Made by a program: the position numbers and the translations under genes | From: Piromyces finnis finn | Lineage: Eukaryota; Fungi; Neocallimastigomycota | Direction of reading: 5' to 3' | Assembly (NCBI GenBank): GCA_002104945.1 | Contig: MCFH01000018.1 | Coordinates: 794,915 to 858,914, forward strand | Length of the DNA: 64,000 bases | Shown: positions 46,583 through 61,238 of the stretch, piece after piece | How positions within the stretch are numbered: position 1 is the first letter of the stretch | Layout: each line of letters begins with the position of its first letter | The notes under the pieces: model-generated | The model's input: only the letters and a program-made list of their open reading frames with translations | Told to the model about the DNA's origin: nothing | Database searches by the model: none

Positions 46583-46835
46583 ATACAAAAGATATCAAAA
46601 AGAACTCATTGAATAATTTTTAAAATATAAATTTTTTATTTTCATATTTATTTTTTTATTTATTTAGTAGTTTTTATTTAAGCCTTTTATCTATAATTAA
46701 TTTTAAACTATTTCACCTGCTACTATTAGGAATACAATTAATAGTACAATTTAAAATATATATATATATTTATTTTATTTTAAAAACCTCATTTTTAAAT
46801 CTGCTTTCTTTTTATATTAATTATTCCTAAATTAT

Positions 46836-46874
<39 letters not shown>

Positions 46875-48242
46875 AATTATTGAATAATATTTATATATTA
46901 AAAAAAAAAAAGTATAAATTATCTTAAATTTTCCCAAATTCTAAATATTTATAAAAAGTTTTTTTTTTTAACTACTTAATTTTGTTAAATAAAATTGTTT
47001 TTTTTTATTTATTTATAAGTTATTTTTTTTTTATTTTACTTCAATTTTTAGTTTAAAATTTAAAGTAAATATATATTATAATTCTATGTTATAATTTCAT
47101 ACCACTTTTTTTTTTTTTAACAACTTTTTCAGATGTCAACATTTTCTATAAAATAAATAAATAACTAAATAAATCTATATAATAAAAATAAATGAATAAA
47201 TCCATATAATTTTAAATAAAGTGTTACATATAATTTTCCTTTAGTAAATTTAAATTAATAAAATTTTTTGACTCCATTCGCATTGGTGGATGATTTATTC
47301 ATTACATTATACATTTTATTGGTACATTAAATGTATCGTATACATTTTCAATAATTATCACTACAATTTTCATTTCACTTTTTTCAACAGTAAAAAAAGG
47401 TATCATTTTTCAATGCATTGACTAACCAAGGAAAGAGAAGAATAGTTGTTGTTGATCACAATAATTACCTTAAAGAATGATGGTAAAATAAGGTAGGTAA
47501 AAGCTTTATGATCATATTATAGATTCAATCTCTATAATAGATTCAACCTATAGATTATTTATACTAATGAAACAGAATCCTTTTTTTTATTTTTATACTT
47601 TTCTTTCATTAATAAAATAATATAATATTAATTTTAGTATAAGATGCTACGAATAAATGCAATGCTATCTCTCTTTTTCTTGTTATTATTTAAATAATTA
47701 CTTTATCATTTCCTTTTTACTACTCTTTTTTTTTCATATTCTTAAACTATTCTCAAAATGATAAGAAACAAAAATCAATGTGATTTTTATAAATATATTA
47801 AATGATCAATTTGAATTAAATTCAATATATTACAATATATTCATAATATATTGAATTTAATGTAGACAAGAATTATTTTTCATCTAAAATTTTGGATTTT
47901 TTAAATTAAATTTTAAATTTCCTTTCAAAAAAAACAAATTTATAATTTTTTAAATTAATTGGATTGATATATTTTAATATATGGATGTGTCAACTCTCAA
48001 ATAAATTACAATATATTAATTGTAATGATTAGGTTAAAGTGGTAAAATATATTAAAAAATTAAAATTTCTGTATTATTATTATCATGTTAACTAATATAA
48101 TTATATGGAAAAGTTAAATTGTATCATAGAATAAATTATATTAAAAATATATTATAATATATGGGCAGTAATTTTTGCATGTTTCATTCACTTTTTTTTT
48201 TTTTTATTAATTATTAATAGGAAGAAAAAACTCAGTTTTAAA

Positions 48243-48335
48243 GGTGGTGGTGGTGGTGGTGGTGATGGTGAAATTAGTGGGTAAGGAAAAGGTTGTTTTT
48301 TTAAAAGGTAGGAGGAGGGTAGGTGGTAGGTGAGT
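48243..48335 (+). repeat. G-rich tract: (GGT)7 followed by GG-rich purine sequence
   Basis: ggtggtggtggtggtggtggtgatggtg ... ggtaggaggagggtaggtggtaggtg embedded in very AT-rich intergenic DNA. Confidence 0.8.
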
Positions 48336-50009
48336 AAAAGAATAAGAATGTAAAAATAAATTGCAAATAAAAACAGTATAAATTGTTAAAATTTGTTTTT
48401 ATTAATTCACTATTTCTATAATTCATTGTATAATTTGTATTTCTAATATAATGAATGAATTAAATAGATATCCTAATTTTTATTAAACTTGATATTATAA
48501 ATAATTAAATTGAAAGGAATAAGTCATTCCTTCATTCCTTTATGCTTATTTTATTACTATTAAATTACTTTATATTACACTGTTATTTTATTAATTCCAT
48601 CCTTTTTTTTAAAAATAAAATATTTCTTTTTATTTTTAAACATCATTATTCACCTATTTAAAAATTGTTTTTTTTTTTTTTATATATATAATAACCATCT
48701 TATTAAGTTTTAATACTTTCCTTTCATTTTTTTAAATATGCTTTTATTCCACCTTTTAAAACTTATTTTTATCTTTTTATTTCCTTTAACAGTAAAAAAT
48801 TTAATTTAATTTAATATTAAAAATCAATTGATTTATTTATAATCAATAATATATTATGAATTTAATTTTTTTTTTTTTTTTTGATTTTACTTTATTTTTT
48901 TTTTTTTCCTTAAAAAAATTTTTTTTTAAATAAATATAAAGAATATCTAATTTTGAAATTAAAAAAAAGATTAATTTACGTTAAAGTAATACTTACTTTT
49001 TAAAAAGATTAGATATATTTAATCTTAAGATTATACCATATAGTAAACATCAAATTCTTTTATTCACTAATATTAATAAATTATAAGCCAACAAAGTATG
49101 AAAAAAAGAAAATAATAAATTTCCTCAATATTTTATTCAATTTTAATTTCAGATGCGGAATGATTGTTTATAATAATAGTATTAAAAAAAGAAAAGGAAA
49201 AGGAAAACAATTGAAAAAAAAAAAAAAGTATTATAACGAAATAAAATTAAAGGATTAATATAAATTTAATAATTAATCATTAAAAAGTAGTATGGCTAAT
49301 GAATTAAAAGAGTGATTTTAAAATCATTATAAATAAATATTTTATTCATGCTAAAAATTAAAGGGATGAAATATTTATAAAAATAATACCAAAGCGAATA
49401 ATAGAGTATAATATATATAATATATATAAATATATATAATATATATAATTTTATAATTTTAATGTCTATATATAATTTGAAATATTTAATAATTGTATTT
49501 ATCAATATATCAGTAAATAGTATATATATATTTTAAAAATAATATATATTATATATTTTAATTTAAATTATATTAAAACGAATTAAATACAAGGATTCAA
49601 TGAAATTTTAATAAATCAGGTTTTCATAATTAACTCTATCTATTATCTTTAAAACAACAAATCAATGTTATTGGAATGATCTTTAATATAAAAATATTAA
49701 AAATTGAAAAGGAATTTTAATGTGATCATATAGTAAAGGATATAAATAGATATATAAAATCAAGTTATGCGAATAAAAATTTATTATAATTTTTAATATC
49801 ATCTTATTAAATTGACTTTTATAAACTTTTTAAAATAAGACTTTTATCATTGGCTTATAATTTTATTTTACTAAATTTATGAAATAATATTTGTTTATTT
49901 TAAAATAAATTTAAAAATAAAATACTCATTGATTTTATTTTTATCCTTTATATATATATATATAAATTTAGCTTATTTATTTGATACCTCAATTTAAATA
50001 TAATTAAAT

Positions 50010-53000
50010 ATGTATAACGGACATAGGCATATGTTACCAAATAATGGTAACGGTAATATGAAATCAAATCAAAACATAAAATTTTATGAAATTATGGAAT
50101 TAGCCAGAAATGAATTCAATAAAATATTGCAAGAAAGAGATCAATATCAATCTCAACTTAAAGACTATGAAGCAAAAAGTAAGAATTTCAAAGTTATTTT
50201 TTATAATACTGAAGTTTTTTTCTTTTTAACAAACATGTGGCCAATACGAAAAGAAAACTATATATAATTATTGTAAAATTAAAAATAATTACTAAATATC
50301 TAAATACTTTTTAATTATTATCTATTTTTTTAAAAAATATATATTACTATATATAAATTTTTATTCAAAATAATTTCCATGAAATAAAGTAAATGCACAA
50401 GAAGATGAATTAATGAAAATGAGAGAGATATTAAATCAATTCGAAAATAAACATTTAGAAATGGAACGTCAATATAAACAAGAAATTAAAAAATTAAAAA
50501 TGGACTTGGAAAATGGAGGAATATCAAATATGAATGGTGATATGAGAATAAGAAATAGATTCAATGAAAATGTACCACCACCAAATTTATCTAATAATAG
50601 AGATGGTAAATATCAAAATCAGTATAAAATGAAGAATAAATGAAATTTTTTTAAAAAAAAAAACAGGAAACAAACCAATAGTCGTTATTTTACTCATAAA
50701 TATATATAATATTTTGTATTATTAAATTCACATGTATTAATGATAAAAATATAAATTATATAATGTACTTTATTTTCCGAAATAAAATAAAGGCTACATG
50801 AATGGCAATCCACAAAATGAATCACCACGTCAAAAACAAATAAAGAATGAAGATAATTATTATCGCCAGCAGCCACCACCAATGGCAATGAGACAAAATA
50901 ATAAAGTATATATCATCGTCGTTCATCATTATTATTAAGTATATAATATTGGAATTTTTCATTAAAATATACACAAATATAGATAAATCTTTAATGGATA
51001 TCTACATTTTCATTATAATTTTTTTTTTTTTTGCAGAAATATATTTCATATTAAGATTAACAATAAATATTATTCATATTATTTATTAATATCAGATAAT
51101 ACAAGAACAACCAGTTACTGGTGTTTGTAATCTTGATCCAGATAAAATACCAAGAGAATACAAGAGAGAAGGTCAAGATTGGTTAGTTGTTTATAACCCA
51201 AAAGCACCAAGATTATTAAATGTTGAATTATATCACAATTTAGAACATGATAGGTATGGCTTATATATTATTATAGAAAATTTTACATCATTCTATTAAA
51301 AAATAGAAAAAAAAAAAAAAAAGCCCGATATAATTATATATTAAAATTGAAAGTGACAAAAAAATGATATAACCAGTAAAATAGAACTTTAATTAATAGG
51401 ATCAACTTTATTCTTGTTTTATAATAATTTTATAGTGTTGTTTGCTGTGTAAAATTTTCTAGTGATGGTAAATATTTAGCTACTGGTTGTAATAGAGTTT
51501 CACAAATCTTTGATGTTGCTTCTTGTACCAAAGTTTGGTAAGTATTAACAATAGAATAAATTAATAAAAAGTTTATGAAAAATAAAATAATAAATCATAA
51601 ATAAATTATTATTCATTAAAATAAAAAAAAAAAAAAAAAAAAAAAAAACTAAATTATATTTACTAAATATAAAATTTTGTTAATCTTAATTTATTTATAC
51701 TATTATAAAATATTTTTATAAATATAAATTATCCTTGACATGTATCCCTGAATTTGTATTGACTATTCAACCTAAACTTTTTATAATAAATAAACTATTT
51801 ATAGCGAATTGGTTGAAAAGACTACACAAAAAGAAGGTGATTTATATATTCGTAGTGTTTGTTTCTCACCATGTGGTAGATATTTAGCTACTGGTGCTGA
51901 AGATAAAATTGTAAGAGTATGGGATATCAAAAAAAAACAAATATTATATAATTGGGAAGGTCATGATCAAGATATTTACAGTTTAGATTGGTCAAAGGAT
52001 GGAAAAACAATTGTCAGTGGTAGTGGTGATCGTACTGTAAAGGTTTGGAATTTAGATACCAAGAGTTGTACATTAACTATGAAGAATGAAAATGATCCAA
52101 CTATGCCAATTGGCAATGATAATCAAATGAAAGATTCCGGTGTTACAAGTGTTGCTATTAGCCCAATCGACGGTCTATGTGTTGCTGCTGTAATTATTTT
52201 ATAGTGTCATAATATATATAAAGTATCATACTATGATACGTTAAACATCATATTTTTATATATTAAAATATATACTTTTGTCATTAATTATTTAAAACTG
52301 TATTTTCATAATAATAGGGTTCATTAGATAAAATTGTTAGATTATGGGATACCAGAACTGGTAAACTTCTTGAACGTTTTGATGGACACACAGATTCAGT
52401 TTATAGTGTTGCATTCTCAAATGACGGTAAATCAATTGTATCCGGTTCATTAGATAAAACATTAAAGATTTGGGATATATCACCACAAACCTTACAATAC
52501 TTAAGATCAGAAGAAATAAGAGATAAAAACTTTGAACCAATTATTAATAAAAATTGTCGTCACACCTTTACTGGTCATCGTGATTTCGTTTTAAGTGTTG
52601 GTTTCAGTTCATCTCAACAATATGAAAACCGTGAAAGTAACGAATGGGTAGTAAGTGGTAGTAAGGATAGAACAGTTACATTCTGGAATGCTAACCAAGT
52701 ATACAATGGTGATCCAACTACAGTAGCACAATTTATGTTACAAGGACATAATAACTCTGGTAATTTTTTTTTTAAAAAAAAAAAATTTAATTTTAATGAA
52801 TAAAACCAAATAAAATTTTTTTTAAACTATTATTAATATCAATCTTTTATATTTTATTTTTTCTTCTTCTCTATATACTTTTATGATAAACCAACAATGA
52901 ATCATTAGTAATAAGCATAGCGTTAAGTCCAATTGGTGGAATGTTCGCTACAGGTTCCGGTGATAGAAAAGCAAGAATTTGGAGATACACATCAGCATAA
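50010..53000 (+). CDS. TUP1: General transcriptional corepressor Tup1 (Tup_N coiled coil plus WD40), multi-exon
   Basis: N-terminal ELARNEF...KDYEAK...[15 protein letters not shown]; [12 protein letters not shown]...[23 protein letters not shown]; [11 protein letters not shown]...ATGAEDK; ends [15 protein letters not shown]. Stop codon at 52998-53000. Confidence 0.96.
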
Positions 53001-53700
53001 ATAGAGTATATCTATATTTATACATAACACTTTTCATAATCCATTAAATATTAATAATTAATAGCGCAAATATAATAAAAAAAAAAAAAAAAGAGTTTTA
53101 TTCATCTCATTTTTATATATATATATATATATAAAGTATATTCTGATTTTTATTTATTTTTTTTTTCTTCTTTCTTCTTTTTCAATATATATTTTTAAAA
53201 TATTTCATACTAAAACTTATCATACATTATTATTCTTATTGTTATTATTATTGTTATTATTATTATTATTATTTTTATTCAACTTTTTTTTTTATTATTA
53301 TTACTTTATTTTTCCCTTATTCAATTTTAATTCCATATCAATAACCTATACTCATTTTTTTTAAAAAAAAAAAAAAAAATGGTTGAATAAAAATAAATAT
53401 ATAAATATAAATTACTAAATAATAATAATCAATAAATAATAAAAAAAAAACATAATTTTTTTTAAAAAAAAAAAAAAAAAAAAAGAAATTTGTATTTATT
53501 ATTATATTGATGTGTTGTTTTAACAATAAAACCAAAGTATATAAATAATAATATTTAGGTACTTACACAAGAATATAAGAATAGTAAAAAAAAAAAAAAA
53601 GTCGTTTTTTTTATATATAAATCTTTAATGAAATGAAACTCTTAATATTTTGTTATATAATAATAATTTCTTTATCTTTTTTATCTATACATTGTTTATA

Positions 53701-53915
53701 TTTATTTATTTACTTATTATTTATTTAGTTAGTTAGTTAGTTATTTAGTTAGTTATTTACTTATTTATTTATTTATTTATTTACTTATTATTTATTTATT
53801 TATTTATTTACTTATTTATTTATTTATTTACTTATTATTTATTTAGTTATTTATTTACTTATTTATTTATTTATTTAGTTATTTATTTAGTTATTTATTC
53901 GTTTGTTTGCTTGGC
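53701..53915. repeat. Degenerate tetranucleotide array (TTAT/TTAG/TTAC/TTTG)
   Basis: ~215 bp with 4-bp periodicity and one variable position, between the convergent 3' ends of TUP1 and VAC8. Confidence 0.85.
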
Positions 53916-54316
53916 TTATATAATAAAATAATTTTTTGTGTATATAGTTTTTTTACATATATTTTTTTAAAAAAATTATTGATTTTTTAGTTTTCGTAAA
54001 GTTCTTTTTGTTTTTTGTTTTATATGATGATGTGTGTGTGTGTTTTTTTTTTTTTAATATATATTATTTCGTTACTTGAACTCCTTTCTCTCAAACTTTT
54101 TTTTTTTCTTTCTCCTTTCTTTCTTTATTACGGAAAAAAGATGAAAAAAAAAAATGATATTTTTTATATTTATTTTCACATATATAAAATATATATATAT
54201 ATTTATGTGTGTGTATATATCTATTATATATTATATTTTATAATAATAATAATAAAAGAAAATAAAAGAAAATAAAAAAAAAAAAAATTATTTTATATAA
54301 AAGATGAAAAAGAAAT

Positions 54317-54347
<31 letters not shown>

Positions 54348-54499
54348 CATATTTCTTTATTTTATGTATTTTATTATCATTTTTTTTTTTTATTTTTATT
54401 TTTATTATTTAATTAATTATTATTATTATTATTATTATTATTAAAATTAGAATTAGAATTAATATTACTATTTTTAATATTTTTCTTTATATATGTGTC

Positions 54500-57416
54500 T
54501 TAATAATTGGTGGATTGTTCTTGATTGGAAATTGTAGATGCTTCATCATTACTACCATCATCATCGTCATCTTCATCATCATCATCTCTACTTTCATCTT
54601 CACTTTCCATTGAAGATAAACCATTTGATATATTGGTAATAATTCTTCTTATTTCTTGTATTGTGTTATTATTGGCATTGTTATTATTACTACTCTTTTC
54701 TAAATTATCATTAAATACCTTTAATAATTTTAATATTTTATTTACTAATGCTGAAGTTTTACTTAATAGAAGCTTTAATGAACCTGTTTATATTATATAC
54801 ATATATAAAGAATAATAATAAAATAATAAAATATTAATAATTATATCAATATCAAAAAATATATTCACATTAAAATTAAAAAAAAAAAAAAAATTACCAT
54901 CAGATTCAATAAATTGCAATATAGTCCATAATGCAATATGTTGTAATGTTAAATCTCTTGATTCTAAGAATCTTGATAAATAGTTTACAATTTGTGGCCA
55001 GGCTTCAACAAATGGAGAATCATCTTCTAAATGAATGGCAAGATTACCAATACAAGAAGCAGCATTTGCTATTGGAATAATAATGTTAATTTAATCAATA
55101 TTAAGTTTATTATTATGAGTAATAAATATAATAATAATTATAAAAGGAAATATATTATAATATATAATACATGTCTATTAAATAGGTTACCTTGAACTTC
55201 AAGTAATTCATTTTCACCAGTAAGTGGGAATATAGCATCACAAATTCTAATCTTGAATAAAAGTGGTCTTATTTCATCTATTTGATTTATTAATATTTTA
55301 ATTATATTTAATAATTTTTTTTTTTTTTTTTTTGAAAATTTTTAAGTTAAAAGATACATTACCACTTAAAGCTAAAATAGCTAAAGCTGCAGTCATTTCA
55401 CTTTTTATTATTGGACCATAGGTTTGGCCATTGGCAAGATAGGATGAAGATGTTGCCTTTCCCTTACCAGATGAATTATTATTAGATTCAATTAAAAGAT
55501 TTATAATAATTTCAGCTGCACCTTCTTTAACAATTAACTTTTTATTATAATCAGAAGCAGCCAAGTTTCTTATGGTACTAAGAGCATGGCATTGAATTTC
55601 TTCTCCTTTATCTGATGATATTAATTCAATTAATAATTTTAAGAAACCAGCTTCAACAATTGGTTTCTCGTTTACACTATGAATAGAAATATTTCTTATG
55701 CATGCTACAGCTGCTAGTATAATTTGTTGAGTATTTGATTTTAAAAGTTCTAATAATGGTGGTAAACCGCCACATTCAACAATTTCTATTTGGAATTTTT
55801 CTATTCAACAATAATAAAAAAAAAGTAATTAATAATTTGAGCTTACTCTTCCCACCTTTATAATCTATTTAAAAATGATGTTATAAATTCGTTTAATTTA
55901 CCATCTGAGGCTAAATTTCTTAAAGCTAAAGCGGCTTGACATTGAATTTTTGGTATTTGAGAATTCATTAAATGTATTAAATATTGAATTAATTTGGATT
56001 CATTGGCCAATTTTACTCTATTATCAGCTATATTGAAAAAAAAAAAATGGATATTAAAAAATGGCTATAAATCTTGATTTTATTTCCTTTTTAACTATTT
56101 ACCATCTACTGCTATATTACTAATGGCTGTTATACAATAGTATTGAACATCTTTATCATTAGAATTTAATAAACTAACTAATAATGGAATAGCACCTGCG
56201 TTAACTAATTGATGACGGTTATCCTCTGTTATAATAATATAAGTGTATATTGGAGTTAAAATTAGTCTATATTCTTTATTTCATTAAAAATTAAATAATA
56301 ATAACAATAATAATAATAATAACAGTAATTAATAAATTAGTTACCTGTATGTGTCATATTTAATAAAGCACCAGTAGCATTTCTTTGAACTCTGATATCT
56401 TTCGATTTGGCAAGCTTTACTAATTCAACTAAAGCACCACTTCTAGCAATCTTTCCCTTATTTTCATCTTTTTATTTATAATAACATAGTATTTATTATA
56501 AATTTTAATTTTAATTTTCAAACGTTTTTCAAATGAAAAAAAAATGGAAAATCTAAATTAATGAAATGTTCAACTGTGGATACTTACTATGTGTAGCTAA
56601 ATTAGTAATACAGCCAACTGCATTACATTGAACTTCAACATTTGATGACTTCATTAATTGAATTAAAGGTTCAAGACCACCAAGTTGAACAATTAATAAT
56701 TTATTTGGAACAGTAACAGCTAAGTTACCAAGAGCAGCAGCAGCAGCTCTTTGAACTTCTGAATCATTGGTTTGTAAAAGATACATAATTGGTTCTAATG
56801 TATCGCGATTAACCTCTCTAACATCTATAATAATTTAAGGGAAATTTATAATTAGTTTATCATTACAATAGTTATCAATGGTCAATATACATATTTACGA
56901 TCTTTGTATTCATTCATTCATTATTAAATCTTTACCTTTTTCTGTAATTTCAGCAAAAGCTAGAGCAGCTGAACGCTTTAAATCAATATTTTCAGAATAA
57001 GCTAATGTGGAAAGAGTACGAAGTGGATCTCCTTGGAAGAAATCAGTTCTCTTACGGTCTATTTTTTATTTTTATTTATTTAAAAAAAAAATGTTATTTT
57101 TTCCACCATTTTCATATATAATAACTAATTTGTTATTCATTCTTCATTAATAATTACTTTCAAGATATTGTAAAAGTTCGGTTACAGCATCTCTTTCATT
57201 TTCCTGTAATAATGGTTCATAAACATCATTTCCTAAATTACCTTTATATATTTCAACATAATTTCATATATCAATAACTTTTTCTGTTTTTTTTTTTTTA
57301 AAAAAAAAAGCATATATATATAGATATATTTATTAAAAATAAATATTACTGATTTATCAATTATACTTACGTTTTCTACCAAAACAAATACTAAAGCATT
57401 GACTTAAACAATTCAT
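54500..57416 (-). CDS. VAC8: Vacuolar armadillo-repeat protein Vac8, multi-exon
   Basis: [23 protein letters not shown]...[35 protein letters not shown]; [15 protein letters not shown]...[15 protein letters not shown]; acidic C-terminus. ATG at 57416, stop at 54500. Confidence 0.96.
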
Positions 57417-59507
57417 TTTTCCTTTCTTTACAATTTTAATTTACTATATATATGTGTGTGTAATTTGTTTTCAGTTGTTGTTAAACTTTGACTTTATTGC
57501 TGTTTAACTATCTTTATTATTAAGGTTTTTTCTTTGTTTTATAAATATAATAAAACATTTTTTTTATTATTAGTACTGTTCACTGCTTGTTTTACTTTAA
57601 TTTTTTTTTTTTTAATTTAAAACATGTCAAAAGTAAAATATTCTTTAAATTGTCTATATACTTTTTCCTTTTTAATCTATTAATTAAATTGAAAATAGGT
57701 ATTATAAATTATATAAAAAGAGAGAATACCTACTATAATGGGATTGTATGATGTGAAATAACAGATACTTAAATATATTGAATATTGAAATACTTTGTAC
57801 ATTATTTAAAGAGTTATACATAAATAATAAAAAAATTATTATTTAGTATTATATAAATAAAAGTGTTTAATATAGATTGTCTATTTATTTTCTATTTTAA
57901 ATTCAACATTGTTTTTCCTTAACAGATTTTGAAAACATTTAATAAATTTTATGATTTATAAACATTATAAATATAAACAAATATGTATATATTATTTTAT
58001 AAAACCAATGTTTGGTAAAAATAAATATATATTGATTAAATTACAGACTGAAAGTAAAATTGACATTTGAACTAGATTTTGTATTTCATAATAAATATAT
58101 ATATTTATTAAATATAAAAAATAAGAATTAAATTAATAAATATTGTTGTTTATTTTTATTAACATAAATGGAAATGTTTAATTATTATTGCTGTCATTAA
58201 TATCTTAAAATATTTTATTACTTTATCAATTTCATAATTACCAATTAATGTCCTTAATTTATATTAAATACGCAATCTTTTAAATATTTTTGAAATAGAA
58301 AATAAAATAGGCATCATCAAATACTTTAGAAAATATTAAATACTACTTACATTCTAAAAAAATTGAATACAAAAAAAAAATAAATTTATTATTATGAATT
58401 AATACTATACAATTAAATAAAAGGATTTAATAACTTATATAATACAAACCTTTTCTTCTATTATTTATTGAGTGCTACTATAATCAATTTTGATTTACAA
58501 AAATAAAAAAAAAAGATTTGTTACGTTACTAAGAATATCTTTTAAAATGAAAAGTCTTGTAAATTATTATATAAATCACTTATAAATTGCTTTTTTCTTT
58601 AATAATTATTACCTTCTATTTTTTTTATTGAAAAAAAAAAACGTAACTTAAATAATATTTATTATTTTTTCAATAAAATTTTATATATTTTTTTAATCTA
58701 TATAAATTATTCTTCAAAAAATAAAAACAAAATTACAATTAACATATAATTATATTATTTAGTTAATTGATGGTGTCAAATTATAAATGTGAATTTAATT
58801 GATGAAAATTAAAATAGTATTATATTTATTAATAAATTGAAATGATTTTTACGAATTAATGGATAATTTTTGATGTTCTTTATTCAAAAGAATTTACGAA
58901 TATTAAAATATGAATTGGTATTATGATAAATGAATATTAATTATATGGATTAAAAAAAAGTTATAGCTGATTATTAATATTGATATTCTTAATATTATTA
59001 AATGATACAATCAATAAAAGAAATATTGAAATATCTTTTAATTCAGGAATAACTAATATTGTATTATTTATAATTAATATATGTTTTTAATTCCTCTTTC
59101 TCTCTTTGGTTTTTTTTTTTTTTTTGTTTATTTTTTTATTTTGTTTTTGTTTTGTTTTGTTTTTTTTACTTGCTTTATTTATTTTTTATATATATATTTA
59201 TTTATTTCCAATCCTTTTTTATATATATATGTTCAATTAAGATGATAATGTGATTTTAATATATTAAAAAAAAAGTATTATAAGAAAACAATAAATCTTT
59301 AAAAAAAAAAATAAAAAAAAAAAAAGTAAAGAAAAGAAAAATAAAAGTTTTTATTTTTTATTTTGTTTTTTTTTTTTTTTTTGTTTTTATTTTTTTTGGT
59401 TTGTTTTTCTTTCTTTTCTTTTCTTAATTATTAACAAGTAAATATAAAAAGAAATTTCAATTTCAATTTTAATTATTAATAATAAAGAAAAAAAAATTAC
59501 TTTTTAT

Positions 59508-59545
<38 letters not shown>

Positions 59546-61206
59546 CTTTTTTTCTTTATATTAATTTTAATTTATAATAAAAAAATTTTAATAAAAAAAA
59601 TAATAAAAAGTTTGTTATCTACAAAAATTATGGTGGTGATGGTAGAAGGACAAGTAAAAAAAAAAAAAAAAAGTGTATCTCTTTATTATTATAAATATAT
59701 ATTTATTCTATGTGAAATAAAGAGTATTATAAAGTTAAAAAAAAATGAAATAGAATTTATAAATATTATATTTATTTAATAATCTCATAAAAAAAAAAAA
59801 AGTAATTATTATATAAGATAATGATAAAAGAAAAAAAAAAAAAGTGAATTAATTACCGTTATCAAAAAAAAATAAATAATAAGCTTTTTTAAATACTTTT
59901 CTTCACTTTATTTCTTTATGGACTTTTAAAGATTAACTTTAATAAACTTTTTTATAAATATTATTGTTAATTATTAATTATTATTATACTTTTAAAATAA
60001 TTATAATAATTATAATTAAAAAAAAAATTGCTTTGATGAAAAAGAATAAAAAAAAGAAGGGTGAAAGGAGAAAAATAACTAGCAATAACTTTTTTATAAT
60101 AAAAGTGTATCATATATTAGGATATTATAACTACTTGTACCCAATAATTGATTTTTAAAATATTCACATTTCTTTACAAACCTTGTAAAAGTATTATTTA
60201 AATGGTATAAAATAAAATAATTGCTGCTACAACCTAATTTTTATGTTCAAATTCATTAAAACTAAAAATGAAAATATAAAAAAAAAAGGAGTCATTACTT
60301 TACTATTTATATCAAGATAACTTTCTTGTATGATTACAGTTTTAAAGTTATGTTACAGGAAATGAAACTTTACTCGGTAATAACATTTTTTAAAAAAAAA
60401 AAAAAAGTTGTTCAATAAAATGAAATTAAAATTAGTATATAAATGATATTATCCTTATTAAACTATTTTATTATTACTACTACTACTACTTTATAAAAAA
60501 AACTTTTTTTAACCTTTTTCCTCTTCTCCGACGATTTGGTTTTTGAAAAATTAAAAATATTAAATCCGATTATTAAAAAAAAAAAAAAGGAAATATACTG
60601 CAATATATTATAATTTATTGTAATATATTACTTTATTTAATTTATTAATTGATATTCTAAATCCAATTAATAATAAATAAAAAAAATTTATTAATTTTTT
60701 AGGTTTTACAATAATTTTAAAAGATGTTACATTTTTTAAATAAAAAATTAATGTACAATATTTGTATTACATATTACATTAATATGATATTTTATAATAA
60801 TACAGTATATGGTAATAAACAATATTTAAGAATATTAATAATTACATTATTAAATAATAATAATATATCTTATAATATGTATATACAGTTGATATGGATT
60901 TTAACCCAAAGATAATTATAATAATATTTTCAAGTAGTAATTATTTAATAATTTAAAAAGGATAGGATTAAATTATCCATTTAATAAGTCAAACAATTAT
61001 GTCAAAACTTCTGTAAGATAGACTGAATCTAGTAAAAAAAGTAATCAAGTATACACTTTTCCTTAAAATAATTATTAGGGATCATTCTAATAAATTAATA
61101 TTTTAGTACTTAAGAAAAAAAAAAAAAAAAAAAACTTTATCCTATTTTAAGAAAATATTTGGAATTAATAAAATTGATTAATAAATTGAATATTCCATGA
61201 AATAAT

Positions 61207-61238
<32 letters not shown>

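Noticed and set aside
47395-47490. Peptide NQGKRRIVVVDHNNYLKE loosely like the Penelope RT motif DKGxxxVVxDxxDY
   Set aside because: Too short and degenerate, with no supporting downstream RT motifs.
53725-53755. (TTAG)n as interstitial telomeric repeat
   Set aside because: Lacks the GG/GGG of TTAGG or TTAGGG and is part of a degenerate ATTT array.
58930-59055. Fragments NINY / IDILNII / INKRN / KYLL reminiscent of the ankyrin family
   Set aside because: Spread over several frames in near-pure AT sequence and not distinguishable from chance by eye.
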